Of a stretch of 60,111 nt of DNA, positions 1-12,337 are shown one piece after another. The stretch spans positions 1-60,111 of the forward strand of contig DBFDDV010000107.1 of the NCBI GenBank assembly GCA_048302525.1, in the 5' to 3' direction. Origin of the DNA: Collinsella sp. (GTDB lineage: Bacteria; Actinomycetota; Coriobacteriia; Coriobacteriales; Coriobacteriaceae). The position numbers were made by a program, and so were the translations under genes. The notes below the pieces were generated by a model, which was not told where the DNA came from, made no database searches, and worked only from the letters and a program-made list of their open reading frames with translations. Numbering within the stretch: position 1 is the stretch's first letter; every line of letters starts with the position of its first letter.

Positions 1-116
1 TGAACAATCGCAAGTGTCCGGCGAGGGGGCGGCTTTGTAAAGCCGTTTGGCCCCACCCGCATAGCGGGTGGTTTCTGATGCGGCGCGCTGCGCGCCCCGC
101 ACAGGCTAAAGCCTCT

Positions 117-227
117 AACGAAAGGGCGCTGACCTTCTGGTCGCGCCCTTGAAGTTGAACGTCAGATTGTCCAAATGCGGCCCGCGTAGCGTCAAGCGGT
201 TACGCGGGCTGGTAAGCCCGCGTAACC
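117..227. repeat. Hairpin-family B repeat copy (GACC-N4-GGTC apex) plus GGTA-loop hairpin; probably also terminates the LCP gene
   Basis: 117-193 matches 15702-15778 at 75/77 nt; perfect 13-bp hairpin 198-227 abuts the LCP stop. Confidence 0.8.
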
Positions 228-1463
228 CTAGTAGTTGGCTTCGTAGCCGTTACCGTCGCCGGTGGGCTCTTCGTAGTAGTCCGAATCGCTCGAATCGCTT
301 GAGTCATCGGAATCGTCAGAGCTGACCGATGAGGTTGCGGTACCGTTTGCGTAGTCGTCAGACGTGTTGTTGTTCAGGTCGCCGATCGTAGAGCTGGAAC
401 CGTCGGAAAGACCCATAGTGTTGGGACCCTTGGGATCCTTGCCGGCATCGACGCGCTCCATCATTTCCTTGAGCTCGTCCTCGTAGACAAAGACGTAGCT
501 CACACCGTCGATCATGGTGCTGTCGTCGGCGTACGAGGGCAGGTTGGCCGAGTAGATACCGTCGACATCCATACCGCGCATGGCGTTGACCGTAGCCACG
601 ATATCCTGAACGCTCATATCGGTTACAAGCATATCGGACAGCGAATTAACCAGGCCAAAAATCTTCGTGGCATCGAAGTTATTGAGAATCTGGTTGGCAA
701 GGGCGCCAAGCACCTGACGCTGGTGGCGCATGCGCGTGTAATCGCCGTCGGCATAGGTGTAGCGGCAGCGGGCATAGGTAAGGGCGGTGGCACCGTCCAT
801 ATGCTGCTGGCCAGCGGTAATCTTAATATCCAGGTGCTCGGGGTCGTCAACATCATCGGTTGCGTTAATGTCGATACCGCCAACCGAATCAATCAGCGCC
901 TGCATACCGTCGAAGCTGACCTCGGCATAGTGGGAAATCTGAACACCGCACAGCTCGTTGACCGCCTCGACCATGGCCTCGGCGCCGCCAACGGTATGGC
1001 AGGCGTTGATCTTCATGGTCTCGCCCTTGTACTCGACCTTGGTGTCGCGCGGAACGGAAATGAGCGTCGCCTGCTTTTGCGTGGGGTCGATGCGTGCCAG
1101 GATAATCGAGTCGGCACGATACGTATCCTCGCCCGGACGGCCGTCGGTGCCAAGAAGCAGCACGTAGAACGGATCCTTTGCCTCATCGGTGTCAACCAGA
1201 ACCCGACGCAGATTGTCGGTAATGACATTAGAATCGCCGAGCTTGCCCATAATGGTGGCAAACCACAGGCCGGCAGCGGTAGTAGCACTCAGCAGCACGC
1301 CAAGCACGACAATGAGCGCGACGTGACGAATCGTGTGGCTACGACGACGTTGGCGAGCGCGCTCGGAATAGCGAGCCACGTTATCGCGACTGTAGATCTT
1401 GGCCTGTGCACCAGTTGAGGGTCTTCGGGCGGTGGTATCCGCGAGGGGCTTTTTATTAAACAT
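228..1463 (-). CDS. LCP (LytR-CpsA-Psr) family cell-wall glycopolymer ligase
   Basis: N-terminal TM helix; LLLGTD, RADSIILA, SVPRD, KINA, YARCR, D-x-x-R-x-x-HQ motifs; Ser/Asp-rich tail; ATG at 1463 with AGGT SD. Confidence 0.9.
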   Translation of the reverse strand: MFNKKPLADTTARRPSTGAQAKIYSRDNVARYSERARQRRRSHTIRHVALIVVLGVLLSATTAAGLWFATIMGKLGDSNVITDNLRRVLVDTDEAKDPFYVLLLGTDGRPGEDTYRADSIILARIDPTQKQATLISVPRDTKVEYKGETMKINACHTVGGAEAMVEAVNELCGVQISHYAEVSFDGMQALIDSVGGIDINATDDVDDPEHLDIKITAGQQHMDGATALTYARCRYTYADGDYTRMRHQRQVLGALANQILNNFDATKIFGLVNSLSDMLVTDMSVQDIVATVNAMRGMDVDGIYSANLPSYADDSTMIDGVSYVFVYEDELKEMMERVDAGKDPKGPNTMGLSDGSSSTIGDLNNNTSDDYANGTATSSVSSDDSDDSSDSSDSDYYEEPTGDGNGYEANY

Positions 1464-1475
1464 AGGCAACCTGTA

Positions 1476-2759
1476 TTAGTAGATGACGGGATCGGGGACG
1501 GAAGCATGCTCGACATGCGCGCCGAGCGCCTGCAGCTTTTCGACAAACTGCTCGTAGCCGCGCTTGATGTGATGGATGGCCGAAACCTCGGTCGTCCCGT
1601 CGGCGATCAAGCCCGCTACGACGAGGGCCGCTCCGCCACGCAGATCGGGCGAGGTAACCTGTGCGCCCGAGAAGCCCTTGACGCCATGAATCATGGCATG
1701 ATGGCTCTCGATACGAATGTCGGCACCCATGCGCACCAGCTCAGAGGCAAACATAAAGCGATTCTCGAAGATGTTCTCGGTAATAACGGAACTGCCGTCG
1801 GCGAGAGCGGAGAGCACCATAATCTGCGCCTGCATGTCCGTCGGGAAACCGGGGAACGGAAGCGTCTGGATGTCGACCGGCTTGATACGCTCGGCACGGT
1901 TTACATGGACGCCATCCTCGACGCGCTCGCAGTCGATACCCATGAGCTCCATCTTCTTGAGCACCATGCCCAAGTGAATGGGGCAAAAGCCCGTGACATC
2001 GACACCGCGATCGTCGGCCATCAACGCACCGGCAACGATAAAGGTACCGGCCTCGATGCGGTCGCCCACCACGCGATGGGTAACGGGATGGAGCTCTTCC
2101 ACGCCTTCGATAGTCACGACGGGCGTACCCGCGCCGACAATCTTGGCGCCCATCTCGTTGAGCATGTTAGCGAGATCGACGATCTCGGGCTCGCGGGCGG
2201 CATTGTCGATAACCGTGGTACCCTGCGCGCGCACGGATGCCATAATGAGGTTCTCGGTCGCACCGACGCTGGCGAACTCGAGCGTGACGGTGGTACCGCG
2301 CAGACCTTGGGGCGCATTAGCGTTGATGTAACCGTGGGCGGTATCGAACTCAACGCCCAGGGCCTCAAGACCAAGAATGTGCATATCGATCTTGCGAGCA
2401 CCCAGGTTGCAGCCGCCGGGCATGGCTATCTTGGCACGATGGAAACGGCCCAGCAGGGGTCCCATCACGGCTGTGGAAGCACGCATCTTGGCAACGAGCT
2501 CGTAGGGGGCCTCCCAAGAATCGACCTGAGAGGTATCAATCTCGAGCGTATGCTCGTCGAGAACATCGATCGTAGCGCCCATGCCCTTGAGCACCTTGCC
2601 CATCACGTGGACATCGGAAATATCGGGCACGTTCTGCAGCGTCGTCTTGCCCGGCGCCAGAAGCGTTGCCGCCATGAGTTTGAGCGCGGAGTTCTTGGCG
2701 CCCGAAACGGGCACAGAGCCTCCGATGGCGTGGCCACCCTCAACGCGGATAATATCCAA
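1476..2759 (-). CDS. murA: UDP-N-acetylglucosamine 1-carboxyvinyltransferase
   Basis: SGAKNSAL, MRAS, PGGCNLGAR (catalytic Cys), AAREPEI, FPTDMQAQ, DLRGGAAL; TTG start with GAAAGGG SD. Confidence 0.97.
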   Translation of the reverse strand: MDIIRVEGGHAIGGSVPVSGAKNSALKLMAATLLAPGKTTLQNVPDISDVHVMGKVLKGMGATIDVLDEHTLEIDTSQVDSWEAPYELVAKMRASTAVMGPLLGRFHRAKIAMPGGCNLGARKIDMHILGLEALGVEFDTAHGYINANAPQGLRGTTVTLEFASVGATENLIMASVRAQGTTVIDNAAREPEIVDLANMLNEMGAKIVGAGTPVVTIEGVEELHPVTHRVVGDRIEAGTFIVAGALMADDRGVDVTGFCPIHLGMVLKKMELMGIDCERVEDGVHVNRAERIKPVDIQTLPFPGFPTDMQAQIMVLSALADGSSVITENIFENRFMFASELVRMGADIRIESHHAMIHGVKGFSGAQVTSPDLRGGAALVVAGLIADGTTEVSAIHHIKRGYEQFVEKLQALGAHVEHASVPDPVIY

Positions 2760-2772
2760 GGTCTACCCTTTC

Positions 2773-2811
2773 AAAAAGCATGCCCGGGATGGCTGGGCCA
2801 TCCCGGGCATG
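2773..2811 (-). terminator. Intrinsic terminator after atpC
   Basis: Perfect 15-bp stem CATGCCCGGGATGGC/GCCATCCCGGGCATG followed by CTTTTT on the minus strand. Confidence 0.75.
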
Positions 2812-2847
2812 ATGTGTTCGCAAATGGTCGAACGCTAAATCGTTTGA

Positions 2848-3240
2848 CTATTGGGCAAGCTTGAGCTTACACCATGCGATTTCATTATAGAGGTAGGCGC
2901 GGCGTGCATCATCCTCCGACAAATTACCCAGCTTCTCTTCAAAACCTTGAATATCAGCTTTAAGCTTGTCGGCATCGACGGTCGCCAAATCGCAAGCGCG
3001 CTCGGCGAGAACGGTCACGACATCGTCCGCAACCTGGGCATAGCCGCCGGCCACGGCAAACGTGTGGTCGACAGTGCCCATGGCCTTATCGGAAACGCGA
3101 ACGTAACCGCGGTCGATCGTGCAGATCTCGCTGGAGTGAGCAGGCAGAACGCCAAACTCGCCATCCGTGGACGGAATCGACACAAACGCAGCGTCGCCCT
3201 CATAGGCGCAGCTCACGGGGCACACGATGCGGATACGCAT
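2848..3240 (-). CDS. atpC: F1F0 ATP synthase epsilon subunit
   Basis: GEFGVLPAH, FAVAGGYAQV, VTVLAE motifs; last gene of atp operon. Confidence 0.93.
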   Translation of the reverse strand: MRIRIVCPVSCAYEGDAAFVSIPSTDGEFGVLPAHSSEICTIDRGYVRVSDKAMGTVDHTFAVAGGYAQVADDVVTVLAERACDLATVDADKLKADIQGFEEKLGNLSEDDARRAYLYNEIAWCKLKLAQ

Positions 3241-3243
3241 AAC

Positions 3244-5606
<2,363 letters not shown>

Positions 5607-5611
5607 GGGGC

Positions 5612-7210
5612 TTAGTTCTCCTCTGATCCAGAAACATCCGAATGGTGCTTGGCCATGAACTGCTGCTTGAAGTCGCCGATGACGCGCAAGAGCTCAGCCT
5701 TGGTGTCATCATCGATCTTCTTGGCGCGAACCTTGTCGAGCAGCGAGCCAAAGCCATTGTCCATGTACTCGATGAGCTCGGCACGGAAAGGCAGCACGTC
5801 GGCAATCTCCAGGTCATCCAGGAAGCCCTCGTTGCCAGCGAACAGCGTAACGATCTGCTCGCCAACCTCAAACGGCTTGTAGCGCGGCTGCTTAAGGAGC
5901 TCGGTCATGCGGGCACCATGGGTCAGCTGCTTCTGAGTAGCCTCGTCAAGGTCGGAGCCAAACTGCGTAAAGCCAGCGAGCTCCTGATAGGAAGCGAGGT
6001 CCAGACGGAGGTTGCCGGCGACCTGCTTCATGGCCTTGGTCTGCGCATCGCCACCGACGCGGGACACGGAAATGCCCACGTCGACTGCCGGGCGCTGGCC
6101 CTGGAAGAAGAGCTCGGACTGCAGGTAGATCTGACCATCGGTAATGGAAATGACGTTGGTCGGAATGTAGGCCGAGACGTCGCCGTCCTGGGTCTCGATG
6201 ATCGGCAGAGCTGTCATGGAGCCGTAACCGTTCTTCTTGGACATCTTGACAGCACGCTCGAGCAGACGAGAGTGCAGGTAGAAGATGTCACCAGGATAGG
6301 CCTCGCGTCCGGGCGGACGATGCAGCGTCAGCGACATCTGACGGTAGGCCACAGCCTGCTTGGACAGGTCATCGTAGATGACGAGCACGTGACCGCCGGG
6401 GTTGGTCTCGCTGGCGGGCTTGCCGTCCTCGCCGTTGTACATGAAGAACTCGCCGATAGCGGCACCGGCCATAGGCGCGATGTACTGCATAGGGGCGGAA
6501 TCGGCAGCGGTGGCCGAAACGATGATGGTGTAGTCGAGCGCACCGTGCTGAGCGAGGGTCTCGCGGATGTTGGCAACCGTGGAGGCCTTCTGGCCGATGG
6601 CGACATAGATGCAGACCATGCCCTTGCCGCGCTGGTTGAGGATAGCGTCGATGGCAATGGCGGTCTTACCGGTCTTACGGTCGCCGATGATGAGCTCTCG
6701 CTGACCGCGACCAATAGGCACCATGGAGTCGATGGCCAACAGGCCGGTCTGAACCGGCTCGCACACCGGGGTACGGTCGATGACGCCGGGGGCCTTGAAC
6801 TCAATGGGACGACGGTGCGTGGCGACGATGTCGCCCAGGCCGTCGATGGGCTGGCCGAGCGGATTGACGACGCGGCCGAGCATGGCGCGGCTCACAGGGA
6901 TATCCATAATGCGGCCAGTGGTGCGGCACTCGTCGCCTTCCTTGATGGAGTCGACGGCACCAAACAGAACGGCGCCGACCTCGTCACGGTCAAGGTTCTG
7001 GGCAAGGCCGAAGACGGTCTCACCGGTATCGGAGCTCTTAAACTCCAGAAGCTCGCCTGCCATGGCGCTCTTGAGGCCGGAGACGCGCGCGATGCCGTCG
7101 CCTACCTCGTCGACCGTTGAAACCTCATGCGTATCGACCGTCGCGGAGAGGCTCGTGAGCTGCTCCTGCAGTTTCTTGGCGATATCCTGGGCATTGAGGG
7201 TTTCGGACAT
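5612..7210 (-). CDS. atpA: F1F0 ATP synthase alpha subunit
   Basis: [34 protein letters not shown]. Confidence 0.99.
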   Translation of the reverse strand: MSETLNAQDIAKKLQEQLTSLSATVDTHEVSTVDEVGDGIARVSGLKSAMAGELLEFKSSDTGETVFGLAQNLDRDEVGAVLFGAVDSIKEGDECRTTGRIMDIPVSRAMLGRVVNPLGQPIDGLGDIVATHRRPIEFKAPGVIDRTPVCEPVQTGLLAIDSMVPIGRGQRELIIGDRKTGKTAIAIDAILNQRGKGMVCIYVAIGQKASTVANIRETLAQHGALDYTIIVSATAADSAPMQYIAPMAGAAIGEFFMYNGEDGKPASETNPGGHVLVIYDDLSKQAVAYRQMSLTLHRPPGREAYPGDIFYLHSRLLERAVKMSKKNGYGSMTALPIIETQDGDVSAYIPTNVISITDGQIYLQSELFFQGQRPAVDVGISVSRVGGDAQTKAMKQVAGNLRLDLASYQELAGFTQFGSDLDEATQKQLTHGARMTELLKQPRYKPFEVGEQIVTLFAGNEGFLDDLEIADVLPFRAELIEYMDNGFGSLLDKVRAKKIDDDTKAELLRVIGDFKQQFMAKHHSDVSGSEEN

Positions 7211-7686
7211 TAGGCTTCACCTCCGTACGAATTAGCAGAGTTTGCGAGGGTCTCCTGCGCGATGCGCAGCTGCGTCTTGACGGTAATGTCACGACGCTCG
7301 CCGCGGGCCTCGAGCACCAGGCCGCCCACGATAGACGGGTCGACCTGCTCGATAAGGAATACTTTGCGGCCGAAGTCCTGCTCGCATTTCTTAGTGATGG
7401 TTTGACGCAGCTCGTCGTCGAGCGGGATCGCCGTGGTGACGGTCACGCCCACTACATCCTCGTCTTCCTCGGCAACATACTTAAAGGCAGCTGCCACCTT
7501 GGGAAGAAGGTCGAGCTGGTCGCGCTTGGACATGGTGTCGAGCACGGCGATGATCTCGGGGTTGGCAGAAGCCAAGCGCTCGATCATCTCGAGGTCCTCG
7601 AACACATGGTTCTCGGCCTTGGCGGCTTCCAGAAGGGAGCGCGCGTAGGTCTCGAGCACTTTGTCCTGATAGCGGCTAGTCGGCAT
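7210..7686 (-). CDS. atpH: F1F0 ATP synthase delta subunit (short form)
   Basis: YARSLLE N-terminus, VTTAIPL...[11 protein letters not shown]-terminal motif; position between atpF and atpA. Confidence 0.88.
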   Translation of the reverse strand: MPTSRYQDKVLETYARSLLEAAKAENHVFEDLEMIERLASANPEIIAVLDTMSKRDQLDLLPKVAAAFKYVAEEDEDVVGVTVTTAIPLDDELRQTITKKCEQDFGRKVFLIEQVDPSIVGGLVLEARGERRDITVKTQLRIAQETLANSANSYGGEA

Positions 7687-8278
7687 TCAGGCTACCTGCT
7701 TCCTGGATGTAGCGCTCGATGAGCTTCTTCTGCTCGGCCTCGTTCTCGAGTGCCTCGCCCACGATCTTGGTGGCGACGGCAACGGACAGGTCGGCGATGG
7801 AGTTCGCGGCACCGGCGTAGATGGACTTGCGCTCGTCCTCGACGGTCGTATGGGCCTTGGCGATGATCTCCTCGGCCTCCTTGTGAGCAGCCTCGATGAT
7901 ACGGGCGCGCTCGGACTCGGCGTCCTTACGGGCCTCGAGAACGATGTCGGCAGCCTGACGACGGGCGTCGGTGACGATCGAGTCGGACTCAGCGCGCTTG
8001 GCGATAGCCTCCTGCTTGGTCTTCTCGGCCTCGTCGAGGCTCTCCTCGATCTTCTTGCCGCGCTCCTCCATGGTTTTCATGATGCCCGGCAGGGCGACCT
8101 TGGCCAGCACGATCCAGATAATCAGGAAGGCGATAAGCGCCGGGATGAACTCCGCCATCTTAGGGATGAGGATGTCCGCACCGGCGGCGCCGTCCTCGGC
8201 GAACGCGGAAACCGGCATGAGCAGCGCGGCCGCGGACGCGGAGAGTGCGATCGCGCTCTTCTGGGATGAAAGATTCAT
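7676..8278 (-). CDS. atpF: F1F0 ATP synthase b subunit
   Basis: TM segment then long charged coiled coil (MEERGKKIEESL...); operon position. Confidence 0.93.
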   Translation of the reverse strand: MNLSSQKSAIALSASAAALLMPVSAFAEDGAAGADILIPKMAEFIPALIAFLIIWIVLAKVALPGIMKTMEERGKKIEESLDEAEKTKQEAIAKRAESDSIVTDARRQAADIVLEARKDAESERARIIEAAHKEAEEIIAKAHTTVEDERKSIYAGAANSIADLSVAVATKIVGEALENEAEQKKLIERYIQEAGSLNAD

Positions 8279-8293
8279 ACTTGACGCTCCGTG

Positions 8294-8488
8294 CTATTTA
8301 ACGATCAGCGCGACAACGAAGCCGATCAGAGCCAGAGCCTCGCCGAAGGCGGAGCCCATGATGAAGACGGTGAACACGCGGCCCTGGACCTCAGGCTGAC
8401 GGGCCATAGCACCCGTAGCACCCAGAGCAGACAGGCCGATAGCAAGACCAGCGCCGATAACACCGAGACCGTAACCGATAACTCCCAC
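8294..8488 (-). CDS. atpE: F1F0 ATP synthase c subunit, H+-type
   Basis: GxGxxxG helix, ARQPE loop, Glu in GEALAL with no Na+-binding ES/ET signature; GTG start with AAGGAGG SD. Confidence 0.95.
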   Translation of the reverse strand: MGVIGYGLGVIGAGLAIGLSALGATGAMARQPEVQGRVFTVFIMGSAFGEALALIGFVVALIVK

Positions 8489-8612
8489 GATTCCTCCTTT
8501 GTCGTGCGTGTCTTATTTCACGCAGGATAACCTTTTTATAACTGCCGGGCTCCATGGGTACGGGCACCGGCGGTTTAACGAATTGCCTTACCTTTAAGGC
8601 GCGAACGGAAGA

Positions 8613-9416
8613 CTACTCCTCCTCCGCGACCTCCTCTGCCTCGGAGACATACACGGCGGTAAGGACCGTGAAGACGTAAGCCTGGATGGCGCCGACCACA
8701 AGCTCGATCGCATAGATCAGGATGAGGATGGCAAGCCAGGCCAGCGAAGGCAGGGCGCCGACGGCGTGGGCCGCGGAAACCTGCTGAAGCAGCGGCTGCA
8801 TGAACATGCTCGCCATGATGGCGAACGAGCCCATGACCACGTGTCCTGCGAACATGTTGCAGAACAGACGGACGGCGAGCGTGATGAGGCGCAGGAAGGT
8901 CGAGAAAAGCTCGACGACCCACACGAGCACGTTCATCGGGAAGCTCACGCCCTGCGGGGCGAGGCTCTTGATGTAGCCGATCACGCCGTGAGCCTTGCAT
9001 CCGTAGTAGATGAAGTACACGAAGGCGAAGATGGCGAGCGCGGCGGTGGAGCCGATTGCACCGGTGCCGGGCTTCATTCCCGGGATCAGGCCGATCATGT
9101 TATTGATCAGGATGAACAGGAAAAGCGAGCACAGGAACGGGAAGTGCTTCTTCCAGTTCTCACCCACGACGCCCTTGCCGATATCGTTCTCGACGTACTC
9201 GATGATGTACTCGAAACCGTTGACGAAGAAGCCCTTGGGAACCAGGGTCTGCTTCTTCTTGAACACGGCCAGGACGATCAGGAGCACGATCGTGGAGACG
9301 ATCAGCCAAAATGAGTACTGCGTGATGCCGCAGCTCAGATCGCCCACGACAGGGGTGGAGCTGAACTCGCTGACCAGATGATTAATCTCATCAGGCAGCT
9401 TTTCAAAAATTTCCAC
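8613..9416 (-). CDS. atpB: F1F0 ATP synthase a subunit
   Basis: NNMIGLIP, LAVRLFCNMFAGH (essential Arg), IQAYVFTVLTAVY. Confidence 0.96.
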   Translation of the reverse strand: MEIFEKLPDEINHLVSEFSSTPVVGDLSCGITQYSFWLIVSTIVLLIVLAVFKKKQTLVPKGFFVNGFEYIIEYVENDIGKGVVGENWKKHFPFLCSLFLFILINNMIGLIPGMKPGTGAIGSTAALAIFAFVYFIYYGCKAHGVIGYIKSLAPQGVSFPMNVLVWVVELFSTFLRLITLAVRLFCNMFAGHVVMGSFAIMASMFMQPLLQQVSAAHAVGALPSLAWLAILILIYAIELVVGAIQAYVFTVLTAVYVSEAEEVAEEE

Positions 9417-9419
9417 GAC

Positions 9420-9731
9420 TTACCTTTCGACCTCATGAGGATCTCGCAGCGCCTTGGCGACGCGAACCGTGCAGGCGGCCATAAAGGCCACGAAGCCGAT
9501 CGCCTCGCCCAGGAGGAACATGCGAAATGCCTCTCCGAACAACGCAAACACAACCAAGGTAAAGACGAGCAGGGCAACTGCCGAGACCGCCAGACTCACC
9601 ATGCCCTTGAACATGTCCGCATTCTGCTTATCGTCAAGAACCGGCTTGAGCGTAAAGACAAAGGGAAGGAAGGCAATTGCGCCCGCGATGGCGCCTGCAA
9701 CGATAGCGAGCAGATCGGCTATCTGAAACAC
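9420..9731 (-). CDS. Small membrane protein at head of atp operon (AtpI-like position)
   Basis: Three hydrophobic segments; GTG at 9731 with GAGGA SD; stop 3 nt before atpB start. Confidence 0.65.
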   Translation of the reverse strand: MFQIADLLAIVAGAIAGAIAFLPFVFTLKPVLDDKQNADMFKGMVSLAVSAVALLVFTLVVFALFGEAFRMFLLGEAIGFVAFMAACTVRVAKALRDPHEVER

Positions 9732-9792
9732 TGGCGTCCTCACTTTCCTTTTTAACGCCTCACAGAACAGTTCCCGCCAAACATTGGTGACT

Positions 9793-9820
9793 ATTGTACG
9801 AGCCAATCGCTAAAGTACAA
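9793..9820 (-). promoter_or_regulatory. Putative sigma-A promoter of atp operon
   Basis: TTGTAC-16 nt-TACAAT on minus strand upstream of the atpI-like gene. Confidence 0.45.
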
Positions 9821-10012
9821 CCGAAAAAGCATCGGTTAATACGCACCTGTTCGTTTTCTTAAGACCTTCTTTATGCCGCAGGTACGGTAATACGTTTTTC
9901 TCGAACCCCTCAGCGCAAAACGTCCGTTAACAGGAGTGCGCGTGGACGTCTTTTGCTCCGCCGCGCGCACCATTTCTTCGTATTTTCGACGTTAGCCGGT
10001 ATGGCCCTGAGA

Positions 10013-10660
10013 TTACAGCGTGCCGTAGATGCGGTCGCCGGCGTCGCCCAGGCCGGGAACGATGTAGGCGGCCTCGTTGAGATGGTCGTCGATGGCGCAC
10101 GTATAAATATGTACGTCGGGGTCCTTTTCGGTCAGTGACTTGAGGCCCTCGGGGGCCGCGACGATGCACAGCATGCGGATGTCCTTGACACCGCGCTCGC
10201 GCAGGTAGCTGATGGCCATCTCGGCCGAACCGCCCGTGGCGAGCATGGGGTCGACGACCAGGCAGATGCGCTGGTCGATATCCTTGGGCATCTTGCAGTA
10301 ATACTCGTGCGGCTCGTGGGTGACCTCGTCGCGCTCCATGCCGATGTGGCCCACGCGAGCGGAGGGCACCAGGTCGAGGATGCCGTCGACCATGCCAAGG
10401 CCCGCACGCAGGATGGGCACGATGGCGAGTTTCTTGCCGGCAAGCTGTTTGAACGTGGCGGTAGTGATGGGGGTCTCGACCTCGACGTCTTCCATGGGCA
10501 GGTCGCGCATGGCCTCGTAGCCGTCAAAAAGCGCGAGTTCGCGCACGAGCTGGCGGAACTGGTTGGTGCCGGTGTTTTTGTCGCGCAGGATCGACAGCTT
10601 GTGTTGGACGAGCGGGTGGTCGACAAGCGTCACACGGGACGCATCGTAGGTGACGGTCAT
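10013..10660 (-). CDS. upp: Uracil phosphoribosyltransferase
   Basis: [46 protein letters not shown] 10660 with GAAAGGGG SD. Confidence 0.97.
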   Translation of the reverse strand: MTVTYDASRVTLVDHPLVQHKLSILRDKNTGTNQFRQLVRELALFDGYEAMRDLPMEDVEVETPITTATFKQLAGKKLAIVPILRAGLGMVDGILDLVPSARVGHIGMERDEVTHEPHEYYCKMPKDIDQRICLVVDPMLATGGSAEMAISYLRERGVKDIRMLCIVAAPEGLKSLTEKDPDVHIYTCAIDDHLNEAAYIVPGLGDAGDRIYGTL

Positions 10661-10782
10661 GGATTGATTGCCCCTTTCGTTGCGGCCGCAAAACGGCCTT
10701 GCTACAAGGCGTGCAGCAATGTTGCCGCCGCACGCCATGCATTAGTTTAGCGGTTTGTTGTATCGAGCAGCCCATCGCAGCC

Positions 10783-12324
10783 CTACTGTGCTGTGCTGAG
10801 CGAGCGCCTGACTGCATCACGCCAGCCCGCAAGGTTTTGCTCGCGGCGCTCGGCGGACATGTGGGGAAGGAAGGTCCTAACGATCTGGGCATTTTGCTCC
10901 AGCTCCTCCAGGTCTTCCCAATAGCCGACGGCAAGACCCGCCAAGTACGCGGCACCGATTGCCGTGGTCTCCACCGTCTCGCATTGCAGCACGGGGATAT
11001 CCAGCAGGTCGGCCTGGAATTGCATGATGAACTCGTTGCGCGAGGCACCGCCATCGACAGACAGGCGCTCAATCGAAAGCCCCACGTCCTGCTCCATGGC
11101 GCGCAGCACGTCGTAGCTCTGATATGCCATGGATTCGCAGGCGGCACGTACGATGGTCGCACGGCTCGAGGCGCCGGTCAGACCGCACACGATACCGCGA
11201 GCATGCGGGTCCCACCAGGGAGCACCCAAACCCGCAAAGGCGGGAACGAAGTAGCAGCCCTCGTTGTCGCTAATCGAAGCGGCGAGTTGTGCCGACTCGC
11301 TCACGCTCGAGATGATGCCCATGTTGTTGCGAAGCCAGTTCATCGTTGAGCCGGCGGCAAAAATAGAGCCCTCGAGCGCATAGCTGACTTTGCCGTCCGC
11401 AGCGATACCGATGGTGGAGACCAGGCCATTCTTGGATTCGACGATCTCGTCGCCGGTGTTCATGAGCATAAAGCAACCCGTGCCATAGGTGTTTTTGGTC
11501 TGGCCGGGACGGAAACAGCAGTGGCCGAACAGCGACGCCTGTTGGTCACCCGCCACGCCCATGATGGGCGGCATGTTGGTCATGATGTCGCTCGCGACGC
11601 GGCCGTAGTCGCCCGAGCTCCAGCGAACCTCGGGCATCATGGAACGTGGAACGTCAAAGAGTGCCAGCAGGTCGTCGTCCCAATCGAGCGTATGGATATT
11701 AAAGAGTGCCGTGCGGCTGGCATTGGTGTAGTCGGTGGCAAAGACCTGGCCGCCGGTGAGGTTGTAGATGAGCCAGGTGTCGATGGTGCCAAACATGAGG
11801 TCGCCCGCCGCCGCGCTCTCGCGTGCGCCGTCGACGTTGTCGAGAATCCACTGTACCTTGGAGGCCGAGAAATACGGATCGAGCGTGAGTCCCGTGCGGG
11901 AGCGCACCAGCTCCTCGCAACCCTGTTCAACCAACGCGTCGATTGCCGGCGCGGTACGGCGGCACTGCCATACGATGGCGTTATAGATCGGCTGACCGCT
12001 CACGCGATCCCAGACCACCGTGGTCTCGCGCTGGTTGGAGATGCCGATGGCGGCAATGCGGTCGGAGTGGATACCGCTCTTAAACTGGACTTCCATCATG
12101 ACGGCGATCTGGCTAGCAAGGACCGCCATGGGGTCTTGCTCTACCCAACCGGGACGCGGGAAGCTGGTTTTGACGCTGCGACGTGCCTGCGCGACGATGC
12201 AGCCGTACTCGTCGACGATGGTCGCAAGTACCGAGGTGGTGCCGCAGTCGAGCGCCATGATGTAGGAACCGCCAAAGTCAAACGAGGCATCTTCCATGCC
12301 CAGGCTGCCCAGATTCAACGACAT
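10783..12324 (-). CDS. glpK: Glycerol kinase (FGGY family)
   Basis: ALDCGTTS, GWVEQDP, NQRETT, AIVWQCRRT, TDYTNASRT, GDQQASLFG, KNTYGTGCF. Confidence 0.9.
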   Translation of the reverse strand: MSLNLGSLGMEDASFDFGGSYIMALDCGTTSVLATIVDEYGCIVAQARRSVKTSFPRPGWVEQDPMAVLASQIAVMMEVQFKSGIHSDRIAAIGISNQRETTVVWDRVSGQPIYNAIVWQCRRTAPAIDALVEQGCEELVRSRTGLTLDPYFSASKVQWILDNVDGARESAAAGDLMFGTIDTWLIYNLTGGQVFATDYTNASRTALFNIHTLDWDDDLLALFDVPRSMMPEVRWSSGDYGRVASDIMTNMPPIMGVAGDQQASLFGHCCFRPGQTKNTYGTGCFMLMNTGDEIVESKNGLVSTIGIAADGKVSYALEGSIFAAGSTMNWLRNNMGIISSVSESAQLAASISDNEGCYFVPAFAGLGAPWWDPHARGIVCGLTGASSRATIVRAACESMAYQSYDVLRAMEQDVGLSIERLSVDGGASRNEFIMQFQADLLDIPVLQCETVETTAIGAAYLAGLAVGYWEDLEELEQNAQIVRTFLPHMSAERREQNLAGWRDAVRRSLSTAQ

Positions 12325-12337
12325 CGCTTAAACCTTT

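Noticed and set aside
7210..7686. atpH as a pseudogene because it is short (158 aa)
   Set aside because: Open frame, both terminal motifs present, overlaps with atpF and atpA intact
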